Of a DNA stretch of 64,000 nt, positions 22,453 to 42,799 are shown piece by piece. The translations under genes were made by a program, and so were the position numbers. The stretch's first letter is position 1. Each line of letters opens with the position of its first letter. The notes under the pieces are model-generated. The model saw only the letters and a list, made by a program, of their open reading frames with translations. It had not been told where the DNA came from and did no database searches. This DNA comes from Vicugna vicugna (lineage: Eukaryota): the NCBI GenBank assembly GCA_013265495.1, contig MU058065.1, positions 6,634,302-6,698,301 of the forward strand. Direction: 5' to 3'.

Positions 22453-25400
22453 CTAGCTGCCGGGCCGAGGCTGCCTGAGCACTGAATACACGTCATCCAC
22501 GCGGCTGAGCTGCTCGAAGAAAGGCAGGAGGTCATGGAGCTCCGTGTCACTCATGTTGTCAAACCACGAGGCCACGGGTACCTGGACAGATGGGTGTAAA
22601 GGTCATGAGGAGGGTAGGCAGCCTTGGGCACAGAATGACCAGACCAGCCCTGAGCACCCACGTCTTGGTAGATCACCTCCTGGAAGCCCTTTACCCACAG
22701 TTTTCAAACATTTTGACAGCAGTAAGTTGCAGTTACACAAATGACAGAACAAAAGTTTTACGGAACAATACTTAACCTTACTGTGTGCAAAGCACTCGAA
22801 CTTTTCTATTCTATTTCATTAAAAAAAAAAACCCAACTAGGATCCAGTAAATTATTTCAGTGATCCACTGTCAGCTCACAACTGGCAGGATGAAAAATGG
22901 AACCTGCCCAGTGCCCAGTAGGGACCTGTGCCCATGGCAGGCACCCTGTAGATGCAGGCAGAACAGGCTGAGTGATTAATAAGGGACAAGAGGCAGCGGT
23001 GGGTGGATAAGGTGAGTGGGAAGCAGGCCACTGAGGAGAGGAAAGGAGGAGAGAAGGGAGGGCACCAGACCCCGGACACTGCCTGGCCAGCTCGGGAGTG
23101 GGGCCCCTATCCCCATCCTGCCCGGCACTCACGGCGTTATCTGGATGGAAGACGTAGGAGGCGGGCGAGTTGTCTAGGATGAGCACCCGCCGAAGGTCTC
23201 GGCCCAGCCGGCTCAGGTCTTTCACGTAGTTCCCTCGGTGGAAGACGCATGACTCACGAAACAGCCGCGCCCGGAAGGCCCCCCACTTGTCCAGCAGGTC
23301 AGCTACTGGGTCTGCGTACTAAGGGGCAGGAGGTGGGTCATCTGGGGCCGCGGGTGACCCAGAGGTCACTGCCCAGAGGTCGCACACTGGAGGCAGACAG
23401 GAAGCAGAGTTGCCCCAGGAGTCCTTCAGAGGGTGGGCGGGCTCACCTTGGCAAGGCTGGCGGTGAACAGCACGCATTCGAAGAGCTCTCCCATCCGCTG
23501 CAGAAATTCATCGACGTGGGGCCGCTTCAGCACATAGACCTGGGGGATGGGCCAGTGAGGGGACTGGTGGCCCACAGACTGGGGTGGGGTGGGGTGGGGT
23601 GAGAGGGCTGGGGGCTGGGAGGGAGCGGGTAGAGGAGGCAGAGGAGCACAGGAGGGAGGCTGTTCCCAGGGCCTGCGGGCTCCACTTGGCCAGCCACCCC
23701 AACCACCCATGGGGAAAACACCCACCCTCCCAGAAGAGGATCGAATGAACCTCTGACTCCTGGCTTCCCTACCTCAGAGGGAATCACTAATTCCCAGTCC
23801 CTTCCACCACCATGGCCTCAGCCAGATGTAGGGGCCTGGAGACAGCCCCCTCACCCCAAGGCTGCAGGGCACCGGCCCCCGAGCCAAGTAATGGAGAACA
23901 GGCTGGACAGCACACAACCTATCCTGAATTACTTGAACTGGGTCCCGGGCAGGGTGGGGCGAGGGGGTGCCGAGGAGGAACCCCACTCCCTGCAGGCCTT
24001 GGAGTCAGGCCAAGTCCCTGAGGGTCTGTGTGACCTTGGGCAAGTCTCACACCTTCTCTGGGTTTCTGACATGCCACATCTATCAGAGTCTAATCTGGGG
24101 CTCTCAGGATTGGTGGGAGGAGCCTGGGGTCTGGAAGGCAGATGCCAAGCCTGTCACCTCCCCCCATACCTGACCCCTCACCTGGTGAACCACCCCATCG
24201 ATCTCCACAGGGATGATGAAGTCGGCATTGTTCACTGGCTGTGGGAGGAAAAGAGCTGCTGGAGCTAGGGGCAGGCCCGCGGAGACCGCCCTCCCAGGCC
24301 AGGGCAGGCTCCCTCAGAGACCCGGGGCTGAGGGCTGCTGGGCAGGGCCCACCTTGAAGGAGCTGTGCACCAGGGTCTCATCCAGGTCGATGACCACGCA
24401 GATCTTGTCCAAGTCCTGGGCCTTGGCCTCGGGGAGCAGGTACTGGACTGGGGTCTGCTGTGGGGATGGGTGGGGCTGGCTGCGGGCACCTCTCTCAAGT
24501 CCCAGTCATTTCTCCTCCAGAGGTCTTCCCTCCCCCAGCCCTCTACCTGGTGAGCCACAGGGACAGTGGGGAGAGGCCACCCCGTCCCAGCTTTGCCCCT
24601 GCCAATTCTAGAGGCTGGGGCAGGCCGCTTGGCTCTCTGGGCCTCACTTCCCCACCTGGGAAACCAAGGAAGAGAACAGCTTCTGCCTTTGAAGGGGGAA
24701 TCCAGAATTCCCTTTGCTGAGGGGCCCCCTTTGAACAGCAGTGTTGCAGCAGGCAGGCTGGAAGGGCATGCGGGGGAGGTGGAGGGCTTGGTGGTAGTGG
24801 GTGGGGGGCTCCACCGTTCTTCCAGGGCCTGAGAGTGGGTCATGAAGAGTCCCTTCCCTTAAACCCCCTGAGGGCTTAGCCCAGGTGCTCCTGTAGTCCC
24901 CACCTGGCCACCACGCACCTTGGGGACGGCACCGTTCTCCTCCACGAGCAGGGGCGCCCCACTGTGGGCAGGCAGGGCCTCCCCATCTTCCCGGCAGACA
25001 CAGCAGAAAAGGGAGTGGAAGATGCCCCGGTTCCGGGGCTTCTGAGAAGCTGCTGACTTCTGGTCACCTGAAGCAGGGAGGCTAAGGTGGGGGTGTGCAC
25101 GCTGATTGGCGTGCAGAGGTGTACAACGTGCCCAGGTGCGAACTCCTGGGCCGAGGGGTCTGGCGTGCCCTTCCATTGAGGGAGACACACTAGGGTGGCA
25201 AACTGACATCCTGGCTCCAGGCCATCCCTCAGCTCCCCACAAGTTCTTCTAGTGTGGGTACAAAGTTACCCAAGTTAGGGAGTGGGCTGGCTGAAGGCGG
25301 GGACTGAGGGTGCTTTCTCTACCTAAAAGACCCCATCACTGCTGGAAGACAAGCCCACTGGGGGCACCTGCTGACACCTATTGTACCTGAGCAGCCCCTG

Positions 25401-26506
25401 CTTAGTTGGGCCCCTGCCAAAGAGGCCTGGGGCCTGGGCCCACTCCTGCCTCCAACCTCTCTGCCTCCGGAGGTCCAAAGTCCTCTCTGAGGCTGGGCCC
25501 AGAGGTAGGGAGTGGGGGCCTGCGGCCAGTGTCCCTCGGCCATCTGCTGGCCCCACTTCCTCAGCCCCTGCCCTGACCTCCAGTCTAGAGCCCAGCTGAT
25601 TGACCAACCCATCCTCCAACTGCCCTTCCACCCGGCAGGGCGAGGCCCAGGCCAGAGGTGGGCAGACCTGGAGGGACTAACTAGCCGCTGAAGTCGACAC
25701 GGGGACAGGGAGGGGCAAACCCCCACCCCAGACCCGTAAGCCCAGAGCGGCCCGACCAAGGCGGGCGGCTTCCCGGGTCCGTGCTTGTGTGCACAGGCCA
25801 GGCGACCACGGGCCTGCAGCCAGGGCGCCGAGTGCCCAGTCCGACGCACGGATCTTCCCGCGGGCGCGGTGTAGACCCTTAGAGGGGTTGCCCATTTCAG
25901 TGCCTCTGAGAAGCTCCGCGCCTCCAAGCGGGACGTGGAAGTTTGTGGGGAGTGTGGCTGTGTTGGCGGGAGATCTTTCCAACCCTCCCCAGCCCGCTGT
26001 CACCTCTGCACCCCCTCCCGCGACCCGACCAGACCGCGGCCCAGAGGGGGCGGAGTCTCAGTTGGTGGCCTGAAGGCGCCCTCTTCAACCCCCCCAACTC
26101 CCAGCCCTATTGGCGCCAATGGGGGCGGGGAGGGGGGCGACTCTCGGGCAATGCGCACAGCCTATCCAGGAGACCCAGAGCGCGCCCCCTTCCTACACCT
26201 GCCTCAGTTTCCCCACCTTCAGCAGACAGGAGCGCCCAAAAGGCGCCAGGCCCCGCCCCGCGTCTCTGAGACTCTGGGAGTTCAAACTCTCACCCCGCTC
26301 CCCTCCGGCTGAAAGCTTCGGGCCCCGCCGAGGCGGGAGCCCGGGCTGGCGGCGGCGGCTACCCCGGGGAGGGTCCCGGCCCCCTCCTCCTCTCTCCCAC
26401 GGCGTCGCGGCTGCAGCCCACTCCGCTCGGCCCCTGTACCTTTGCCCCGTAGCGGGCTCCGCGCTTCCTCCTTGCTGATCTGAGTAATGACGGCCGAGCT
26501 GTCCAT
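22453..26506 (-). CDS. CTDSP1: CTD small phosphatase 1 (SCP1), complete, 261 aa
   Basis: Exons 26440-26506 ([22 protein letters not shown]), 24919-25067, 24353-24457, 24182-24238, 23447-23539, 23133-23318, 22453-22581 (stop TAG). Total 786 nt = 261 aa + stop. The HAD catalytic motif DLDET ([15 protein letters not shown]) is intact. Confidence 0.98.
23872..23948 (-). ncRNA. MIR26B: pre-miR-26b hairpin in CTDSP1 intron 4
   Basis: Mature 5p TTCAAGTAATTCAGGATAGGT at 23937-23917 and 3p CCTGTTCTCCATTACTTGGCTC at 23902-23881. The arms are complementary. The intronic position in CTDSP1 is established. Confidence 0.98.
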
Positions 26507-27050
26507 GGGGCCGGGCGCGCTCCGCTCCGGCCGGACTCTGGCCCGGGCGCCCGGCCTCCCCCCCGGCTCGGGCCGGAATCGGGGCGCGGGGGGGAGGGGA
26601 GGGGTGGGAGACGCGGAGGAAACTTTGTTACAACATGGAGTTTCCTCCCCGCGAGGCGGATGCAAACATGGAACCCGGGCGCTGTTTCAAGGCTCCCCCT
26701 TAAAAGGGCAACGGCTTCGGCGTGACCTGGACTCGGCCGGGGCTTTCATCACTTCGGGGGCCGGCGCGGCTCGGCTGGCTGGGAGGCGGGCCCGGCCGAG
26801 TTCCTGCCGCGCTCCAGGGGGCGTTGCCTCCCTTCCTGCTGCCTGCCCGCTGGACCAAGCCTCTGCGGCTGCGTGGCAGGACCAGCACCCAGCCCACGGA
26901 GCTCGCCGGCTGGGGGCCAGGGCCTACCCAACCCCACCCGCTCGGAGCGCCTACGCCCCGGAGTACGCGAGGGTGGCGCGGCTCCACCTCTGCACATTCC
27001 AAAGGTTGGGGACTAGCTGCTTCTCGGTTTTCTCATCTAGGAAATGGGGA
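25680..27050. promoter_or_regulatory. CpG island over CTDSP1 promoter, exon 1 and start of intron 1
   Basis: Very GC- and CpG-dense by eye, with multiple GC boxes. It surrounds the CTDSP1 ATG. Boundaries are approximate. Confidence 0.85.
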
Positions 27051-28579
27051 TAACATTATCTGGTCTGTAAAATGGATCCTCTCTCCGATGGTCACATGAA
27101 CCATCTGCAGTGAGTGAAGTCGTGAGCATGCAAAGGTTCTTTGCTACCTCCAAACGGCTGTGCAGATCCACACAACTAGGCTCTTAAATGAAGTGTGACT
27201 GTCACCACCCACCGCTGTCTCGGACCCCTTCGCCTAAACGTGGAGCTGAGGGTTGTGAAAATTCAACTGCCTGCCCCGGGATGCCCCTTGCTGACCTCTC
27301 CCAACCGCCCCACCTGGCTCCCCACACGTCCACTTCCCTTGCCCATTCTAGCCACCTGGCTTTCCCGCCAGGGGCCAAGGGCCTCCACAACTCAGGGCCT
27401 TCGTACACGCTGTTCCCCTGCCTGGAAAGCGCTTCCTCCCCCTTCGCATAGCCAAATCCCACCAACATGGAAGAAATAACACTCCTCCAAGAAGCCTTTC
27501 TAGACCCCGTTCACTAGCTCCCCAAGCCAGCTACCCTGTGACTATTCGGGAGGGAGGATGAGGTGGCGCGTGCCAATCTCTGCCGGTTCAGTGCCCGACC
27601 ATGGGGACCACAACTGTTTGGAGGACCTTAAACACCATTCCACCTGGGTATTTGTAGACACACCCGCGGGCCCGAAGCCAGCATTTCCACGCGGATTCTT
27701 CACGAGGGAAACTCTCGTTTTGTGCTTGGTAACGTCTGCAGGTGGGACTTTTTAATTTTTCCCTGTTATGAAGTTCCTTCCATTTGTCGTTACTATTTTG
27801 TGCTTACTCTTTAAAAATATTAATAATGCCAAGCCTTGACAAACACGCCTCAGCATTTCCTTCCCCTGCAGGCCGCGGGGCGGGGCGGGGCGGGCGCGTC
27901 CTGTCCCGTCTGGCCGCCGGGTGCGAGCGCGGCGCACGTCCACCAGGCCCGGCGGAGGCGGGAGCCATAGGGGGAGAGGTCCGGCGCCGAGAGCGGGGAG
28001 GAGATGGGGGGGGGCGGTCTGTGAAACCCGCCCCCTCACCGCTGGACCCCACGACCCCCCTCCTGCTCTACGCCTCCTGCACGGCTGCCATCATTGCATC
28101 ACAATAATCGTCAACGTGTGGCGAGCGCTTAGTCTGGGTTCCGCTCCGGCTGTGCCCCCTCATCTCATTTACTCCTCAGAAAGAGCTCTTCCTTAACCCA
28201 TTTTACAGACAAGGAAACTGAGCTCCGGTAAATCAAACGAATTGACCAGCTCTCCAACAGGGGTAGAGGCGGGATTCCGGCTGCCAAGCGGAGCCTCTTT
28301 CCCTTCGGCCCGGGTCCGGGGTGGGGCCTCGGCTTTATCTCTGGATGTTCAGCGGGCGCTGACCCCAAAAGGAAATGTGCCACGGAGGACTGAGTGAACA
28401 ACTGGCCTCGCCCCTAGCCTGAGCAACGCGGCTTGCCTTCCTCCCCTTCCGTTTCTCTCCCTGTGAAGACTAGAACCTGGCGGGCTGTCCCCTTAAGGGT
28501 CAGAGGAGCTGACTCGGGGATAGGGCACTGGGGACCGCTGCCCACCTCCACTTGCCATTCCCTTCACGTCGCGCCCCTA

Positions 28580-28617
28580 ACACACACACACACACATACA
28601 CACACACACACACACAC
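28580..28617 (+). repeat. (CA)n microsatellite, about 19 units with one interruption
   Basis: Directly visible. Confidence 0.95.
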
Positions 28618-28630
28618 CCATCGTCCCCTC

Positions 28631-28685
28631 CGCGCCTTGGCCTGTGCGCGCCTTGGCCTGTGCGCGCCTCGGCCAGTGCGTGCCT
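28631..28685 (+). repeat. 16-bp GC-rich minisatellite, about 3.4 copies
   Basis: CGCGCCTTGGCCTGTG twice, then CGCGCCTCGGCCAGTG and CGTGCCT. Confidence 0.9.
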
Positions 28686-30928
28686 ACCCCCCTGGAGACC
28701 TTCCCTCCTCCATGCCACAGTGCACCTTCTGCCAGGATGGGGTGGATGCGGAATTAGTCAGGACAACTGTGCAAGGGTATGGGAGTCTGTGGGACACAGA
28801 TGCTGATGGAAGCGTTCTGTAGGGTTGGGCGGGTTCTTTGAGTTTCCTCGGGAAGGAGGTGAGCCCACACCCAATTGTTGTTCCTCTACCCTCTCTACCA
28901 CAGCAGCGGGGGGTCTCTGTACCTGCACAATTTACTTTTATCTGTTTCATCAGTTAGCACCCCAGGAGAAATAAAGTCATGTGGGCTGTGAATTGAGATC
29001 AACATCAGGACTTGGCCAGGTTCTGTCTTGTAACCATGGGCAAGTGTCTTCTCCAACCAGCACCTCATCTTCTCCATCTGGTTGGTCAAAGTCTAACCCA
29101 GGCAAGTGGGAAGGGGGGCTGCAGAGCTGAAAGGCAGAATGTCCTCCTCCCAGCCTCAAAGGCTCAGCATGGTGCACCTTCTGCCAGGGTGGTGTGGCTG
29201 CAGAGTCAATCAGGATGCCCGGTGCAGTGCAGGGTCTGGGGGTCTGTGGAGACGAAGTTGCTGGTGAAAGCTTTTGGGGAGAGTCAAGGTGTCAGGCCAC
29301 TCCCAGCCTGAGGGATTGATGAAGCCTCTGGTTTGATCTGAGCCTGGGGAAATCACTTTGAGTGGTCCCTTGCCGGGAAATAACTCACTATAGCCTGAAT
29401 TAAATCACTAACCCCTTACCCAGGCCCAGGGCAGCCTCTTTGGTCTCTTACCCTCTTCACGTTCCCTTCCCCCCAAGTTCTAAGTTCCAAGCTCGACCAT
29501 GCATATGATCAGCCTGCCCATTATTCCTGCCCCCACCCCGCCCTGTTCCCCAGAATCTAAGAACTCCCAACAAGGTTGAATGTTTCTAGCTTTTGCACAC
29601 ACAGACCGGCCCCCGACCCCCAACTCCTGGCATGCTCATCTCCCCCTTAACTGCTCACCCTCTTCCAATTTTTCAAAATTTTGTCCAGGAGTTACCTACT
29701 CTGGGCCTTGCCCCTCACTCTTTGCAGGTCGTTCCCTTATAGCACTGTTTAGTGATTTTATTGTCCTTTACTTAGTTCTCCCACCTTTCCCACCCCCACA
29801 GGAGTGTGAGCTTCTAGAGAATAGACATCTTTAATTCAGGATTTTGCCGCCTTCTCCCACGTCTAGCACAGGGCTGGCACCCAACTAATGCCTACAGAAT
29901 TGACCAAAGGGGTGGGCAGGGGTACAGCTGGGGGCATCTCTAGGAGAGAGTTCTGGGAGATGCCTTTCTCTGCTACTTGGCCCCCATTTATCCCCTTTCA
30001 GTTCGCATGGACCCTCATCTTTTCTAGGGCCAGGCCCTGAGAAGGAGATTGGGCGGCCTTCTACCCGTTGCTCTACACCGTTGCTCGAGTGGGCCAGATC
30101 TGTCCCATCCCGTCCCTCCCTGAGGGCCCCACTCGCTTCGTTGCCCTTTTAAGAAAGAGGAAATTCTTCTCATAAACAAGCGCCTCAACCGGAGCGCGGA
30201 ACCCAGCTCCGTGCCCTGCCGCATAACCGGGAAATCGCGGGTGCTTCTAAACACAGCGCCCACTCCAGGCTCAACCCAAGGGAAAGGGCTGGGGGCCAGT
30301 CCTCGCCGCCCGCCACAGCTCAGGGGCTGGGGTCCGAGGAAGAGGTTGGAGCAGAGACTTGGGGGAGCCTAGAAACAGCCCAGGGAGCGTCTATAAAGTG
30401 CAGTCCTTTCACGGAGCGAAGGGGCGCTGGGCCGCTCCCAGCGGCGAAGGGGGTTCCCCGCCCACAGAGCTCACCGCCACCCACCCCCTTCCCGCCTGGG
30501 CGGATTCCGAGGCCCCAGGGCCCGAGGCCCGAGCGACAGCCTACTCCTCTTTGGAGGCGGGGAGTACCGGCGCTCGGGACGGTCCCTGCCCCTAGGGGGA
30601 GCTGGAAATCAGCGCTTAGGGAGCGTTAACTTCGCGGCGTGGGAATCCTGGCTGTCTGGTCCCCTGGAGAGATAGCAAATGAATTGGGCCTCGGAGGCAG
30701 GCACTCTTGGGTTCCTTATGACCTGGCCCCTGAAGGGAGGAAGACACCGCGCCTCTGTTTTACTGCCTGGAGAATGGGTTTCGGGTGGAACAGAGAAGCC
30801 GAGGCCACTCCAGTGAGAGTAGGAGCTAGGCAGACATTCGATGAGGGGGAGTCTCCTTGATGGTTCAGGGATTTTGTGCTTTCCCGGTTTCTGTTCCCTT
30901 GCTCTTTTGGATAGGAAGTGAATTAGCA

Positions 30929-30934
30929 TTTATT
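30929..30934 (-). terminator. Candidate SLC11A1 polyadenylation signal AATAAA
   Basis: First minus-strand AATAAA (plus TTTATT) that I found, about 400 nt downstream of the stop codon. Confidence 0.5.
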
Positions 30935-31334
30935 TAACATTCATCAGACTATTTTAAGTACCAGTGTGGAGCCTGTGTCCCACCCCCAGTTGGGTCGGTC
31001 TGTCAGGTCACTTCTATAGGTGCTCAATAAAAACTTCTGGAATTTCTTCTTTTTTTTAGTCTCAAGTGCCAGACTCTGTGTTAAAGTGCTTTATATCTGT
31101 TGCAAGGTTGGTGTTGTCCTCATGTTACAGACTAAGACACTAAGATCTGGAGGTTAATTACTTATCCAAGCTAGGAGACAGCAGGTCTCTATGGAACCCA
31201 GGTTGATCTGCTTCCAAAACTATGCCTCCCGCATCTTGCTGCCTCCACACGTCTCCCCCTCCGCCTCCACCCTCCAAAACAGCAAGCTAGTCTGCTCCAC
31301 TCATTCCAGTCCTGGCCAGGCCTTGGATAGAAGC

Positions 31335-40288
<8,954 letters not shown>

Positions 40289-40439
40289 GAGGACCACAGA
40301 CTCAGGTGCTTTCTGAGTGAGTGGCGTGCTGGGCGGTTGGTTCTTCAGACTATGTGTCCTCTCTGGGTGCTGGTGAGTGAGCGCGTCCACACCCTTTTAC
40401 CCATCCTCAGCGGAGCTCAGCTGTCCTCACACACACAAG

Positions 40440-40475
40440 GAGTTGTGAAACACTTTCCAAAGGCAGAAGTGGGCA
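40440..40475 (-). promoter_or_regulatory. SLC11A1 proximal promoter with C/EBP-like and PU.1-like motifs
   Basis: TTGTGAAAC at 40443-40451 (C/EBP-like) and GCAGAAGTGG at 40463-40472 (ETS/PU.1-like), about 160-180 nt upstream of the ATG. Consistent with a myeloid TATA-less promoter. Confidence 0.45.
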
Positions 40476-41915
40476 GCTCTGGCGGAAGGCTCTGCTGGGC
40501 CACAGTCTGGACTTTCGTTTCCCTTCAAACCTGAGCTTCACAACACTTCTGGCTCCCTTCCAGGGCACCCTGAACTCTGTGCCTCCCAGCTTAGCTCTGA
40601 TCGGAGGCTTCCTGACACTTGGGGATTCATGTCTAGATCATAGGACTGCCACCCCTCACCCCCGACCCCTTCTCCTTTTCAATCTTGGGTCCTACGGCCA
40701 CTGGTTGGCCTAATGAGAGAGAGGGAGTTCTAATGGCCTAGGTAGGTCACAGTTTCCTGTTGAGTGCCTCAGAGGAAAAGACTTTCTAGGACCTGCCACA
40801 GGGGACATGCATTGAAGATGCAGGCCAAGGAGAGCCTCAGAACAAAAGGGCATTGGAATTCTGGTCCTGGTTCTGCCACTGATCCACTTGACATTGTCAA
40901 CAGATCATGTCCTGTCTCTGAGCTTGTGTCTTCTGTTAAATAAAGGACTCAGACTGGCTAACAGGTCAAAAATTTAAGTGCATAAGAAGGCCAGGCAAGT
41001 AAGATAAACTATGAGACAGGATAGGAATGAGAAAACCAGGGCCAGCTCAGTGGAGAATGACAAATGCTGCCAAGCCTCAGCGTCGGGGGTGGGGGGGCGG
41101 TGGTAATAGGGAGTGGTGGAGACTGTAGCAAAACAAAGGTCCTATACTCTGTCTAAAGAGGATCATGCTTACAGAGTTCCAGGCAATTGTCATGTGGGAA
41201 TGTGGGCCCCCTGTCACTGTGTGTCCTGACTTGTCAAGGATGCTGAAAAATTTGGAATTTTATGCAACATATGCTTTTTGAATACTAGTCTCAATTTTTT
41301 TTGAAAATATTGTATAATCTAAACAGACATTTCTATGGGCTGAATTCTATTTGAGGGTTACCAGTCTCTAACATCTGCATAAGTGTTGGACAAGACCCTT
41401 CTAGCTCCCAGTTTCTTCTCCTTGCCAGCTCCTGTACTCCCCCACTTACCTCCTCAGAGTTTTCTCACTGCCATGCCCACTCACATCCTCTATCCTGGAG
41501 CTTTTATTTTCTGCCAAGAATATTCAAAACCTTAACTGTCATGCGGTTTCCAACTCCAAAGTCTGCAACCTCAGGACCCAGAGAAAACAGGGGCAGTTTC
41601 TCACACCTAGACCTGATCTGGGATATGATGTATCCCCACACTGAGTCAAAACCTTTAGCCAAAGCTTGGGACCTCAAGGTTGGAGGGAGCAGCCAGTTTC
41701 CTGGCTCCCCTTGAATAGGGGAAGATGGAGAGATTGGAGAGGTAGGGATGTGGGAAGAGGGGTGAATGGTGGGTCAGAGAGGAGAGAGCAGCTTCAGTGT
41801 GCAATCCTATTGCTCAAGGTACCCGCGACATCCCTGACCTCTAGAGTTTGCACATATTCGCAGTCATTAACTTGGACTCTTGTGGGGATGACTGGAGGGT
41901 AGGGCTGGGGCAGGA

Positions 41916-42526
41916 TGTGATGGTTAAAGTTTTTGCATCAACCATGGCGTGCCCAGTTATTTGGTCAAACATTCTGGGTGTGTCTGTGAGGGTGTTTTTG
42001 GAGGAGATTAACATTTGAATCAGTAGACCAGTGGAGGGATGGGCAAAACTTAGTGGTAGAGTGCATGATTAGCATGCATGAGGTCCTGGGTTCAATCCTT
42101 AGTACTTCTATTAAGAAAAAAAGAAAAAAGAAATGGTAGACTGAGGAAAGTAGATTTCCCTTCCTGATGTCGATGGGCCTCATCCAACCAACTGAAGACC
42201 TAAAGAGAGCAAAAGGCTGAGTAAGGGAGAATTCTCTCTCCCTCTCTGCTGCCTTTGAACTGGGACGTTTTTCATCTCCTGTCTTCAGTCTTGGCTTGGA
42301 CTAGAACTTACAACTGTTGGCCCTCCTGGGTCTCAGGCCTTCAGACTCAGACTGGAATTGTATATACTATTGGCTGTCTTGGGGCTCCAGCTAGCAATTC
42401 TTGAGACTTCTCAGACCCTATATGGCATGAGCCAATTCCTTATAATCTATCTGTTTATCTATCCATCCATCCATCCATCTGTATTTCCTATTGGTTCTGT
42501 TTCTCTGGAGAACTCTGACTAAAACA
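41916..42526 (+). mobile_element. MLT2 (ERVL) solo LTR, interrupted by a SINE
   Basis: Starts TGTGATGGTTAAA. Contains GGGTGTGTCTGTGAGGGTGTTTTTGGAGGAGATTAACATTTGAATCAGTAGAC. Ends CCTATTGGTTCTGTTTCTCTGGAGAACTCTGACTAAAACA. Confidence 0.85.
42031..42132 (+). mobile_element. tRNA-Ala-derived SINE inserted into an MLT2 LTR
   Basis: SINE core plus A-tail. The flanks AATCAGTAGAC and AATGGTAGAC resemble a target-site duplication. Confidence 0.8.
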
Positions 42527-42799
42527 GATGCCTTCTTCTTTGCATCTTTTGTGGGGCCTTACCTATAGACAGAAACTTGGTGAGTGTAATTGATTAATGA
42601 CTGATCAATACCCTGCATAGCCTCTAACTTACAGACAAGTATGTGTCTCTGAGTTTGAAAGAATGTGTCAAGGGTTTTGGGCAGAGTGTCTACATGAACC
42701 AGAGTTCCAGAAATCTGCCTAGTGATCCCCTTGGATCTGGAGCTGCTGCTGAATAGTAAACCCTGCATGTGTAGGGTGAAATTTCATGAAACTCAATTC

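Noticed and set aside
22450..22455. Possible stop-codon readthrough at CTDSP1
   Set aside because: TAG is followed immediately by an in-frame TGA, so no meaningful extension is possible.
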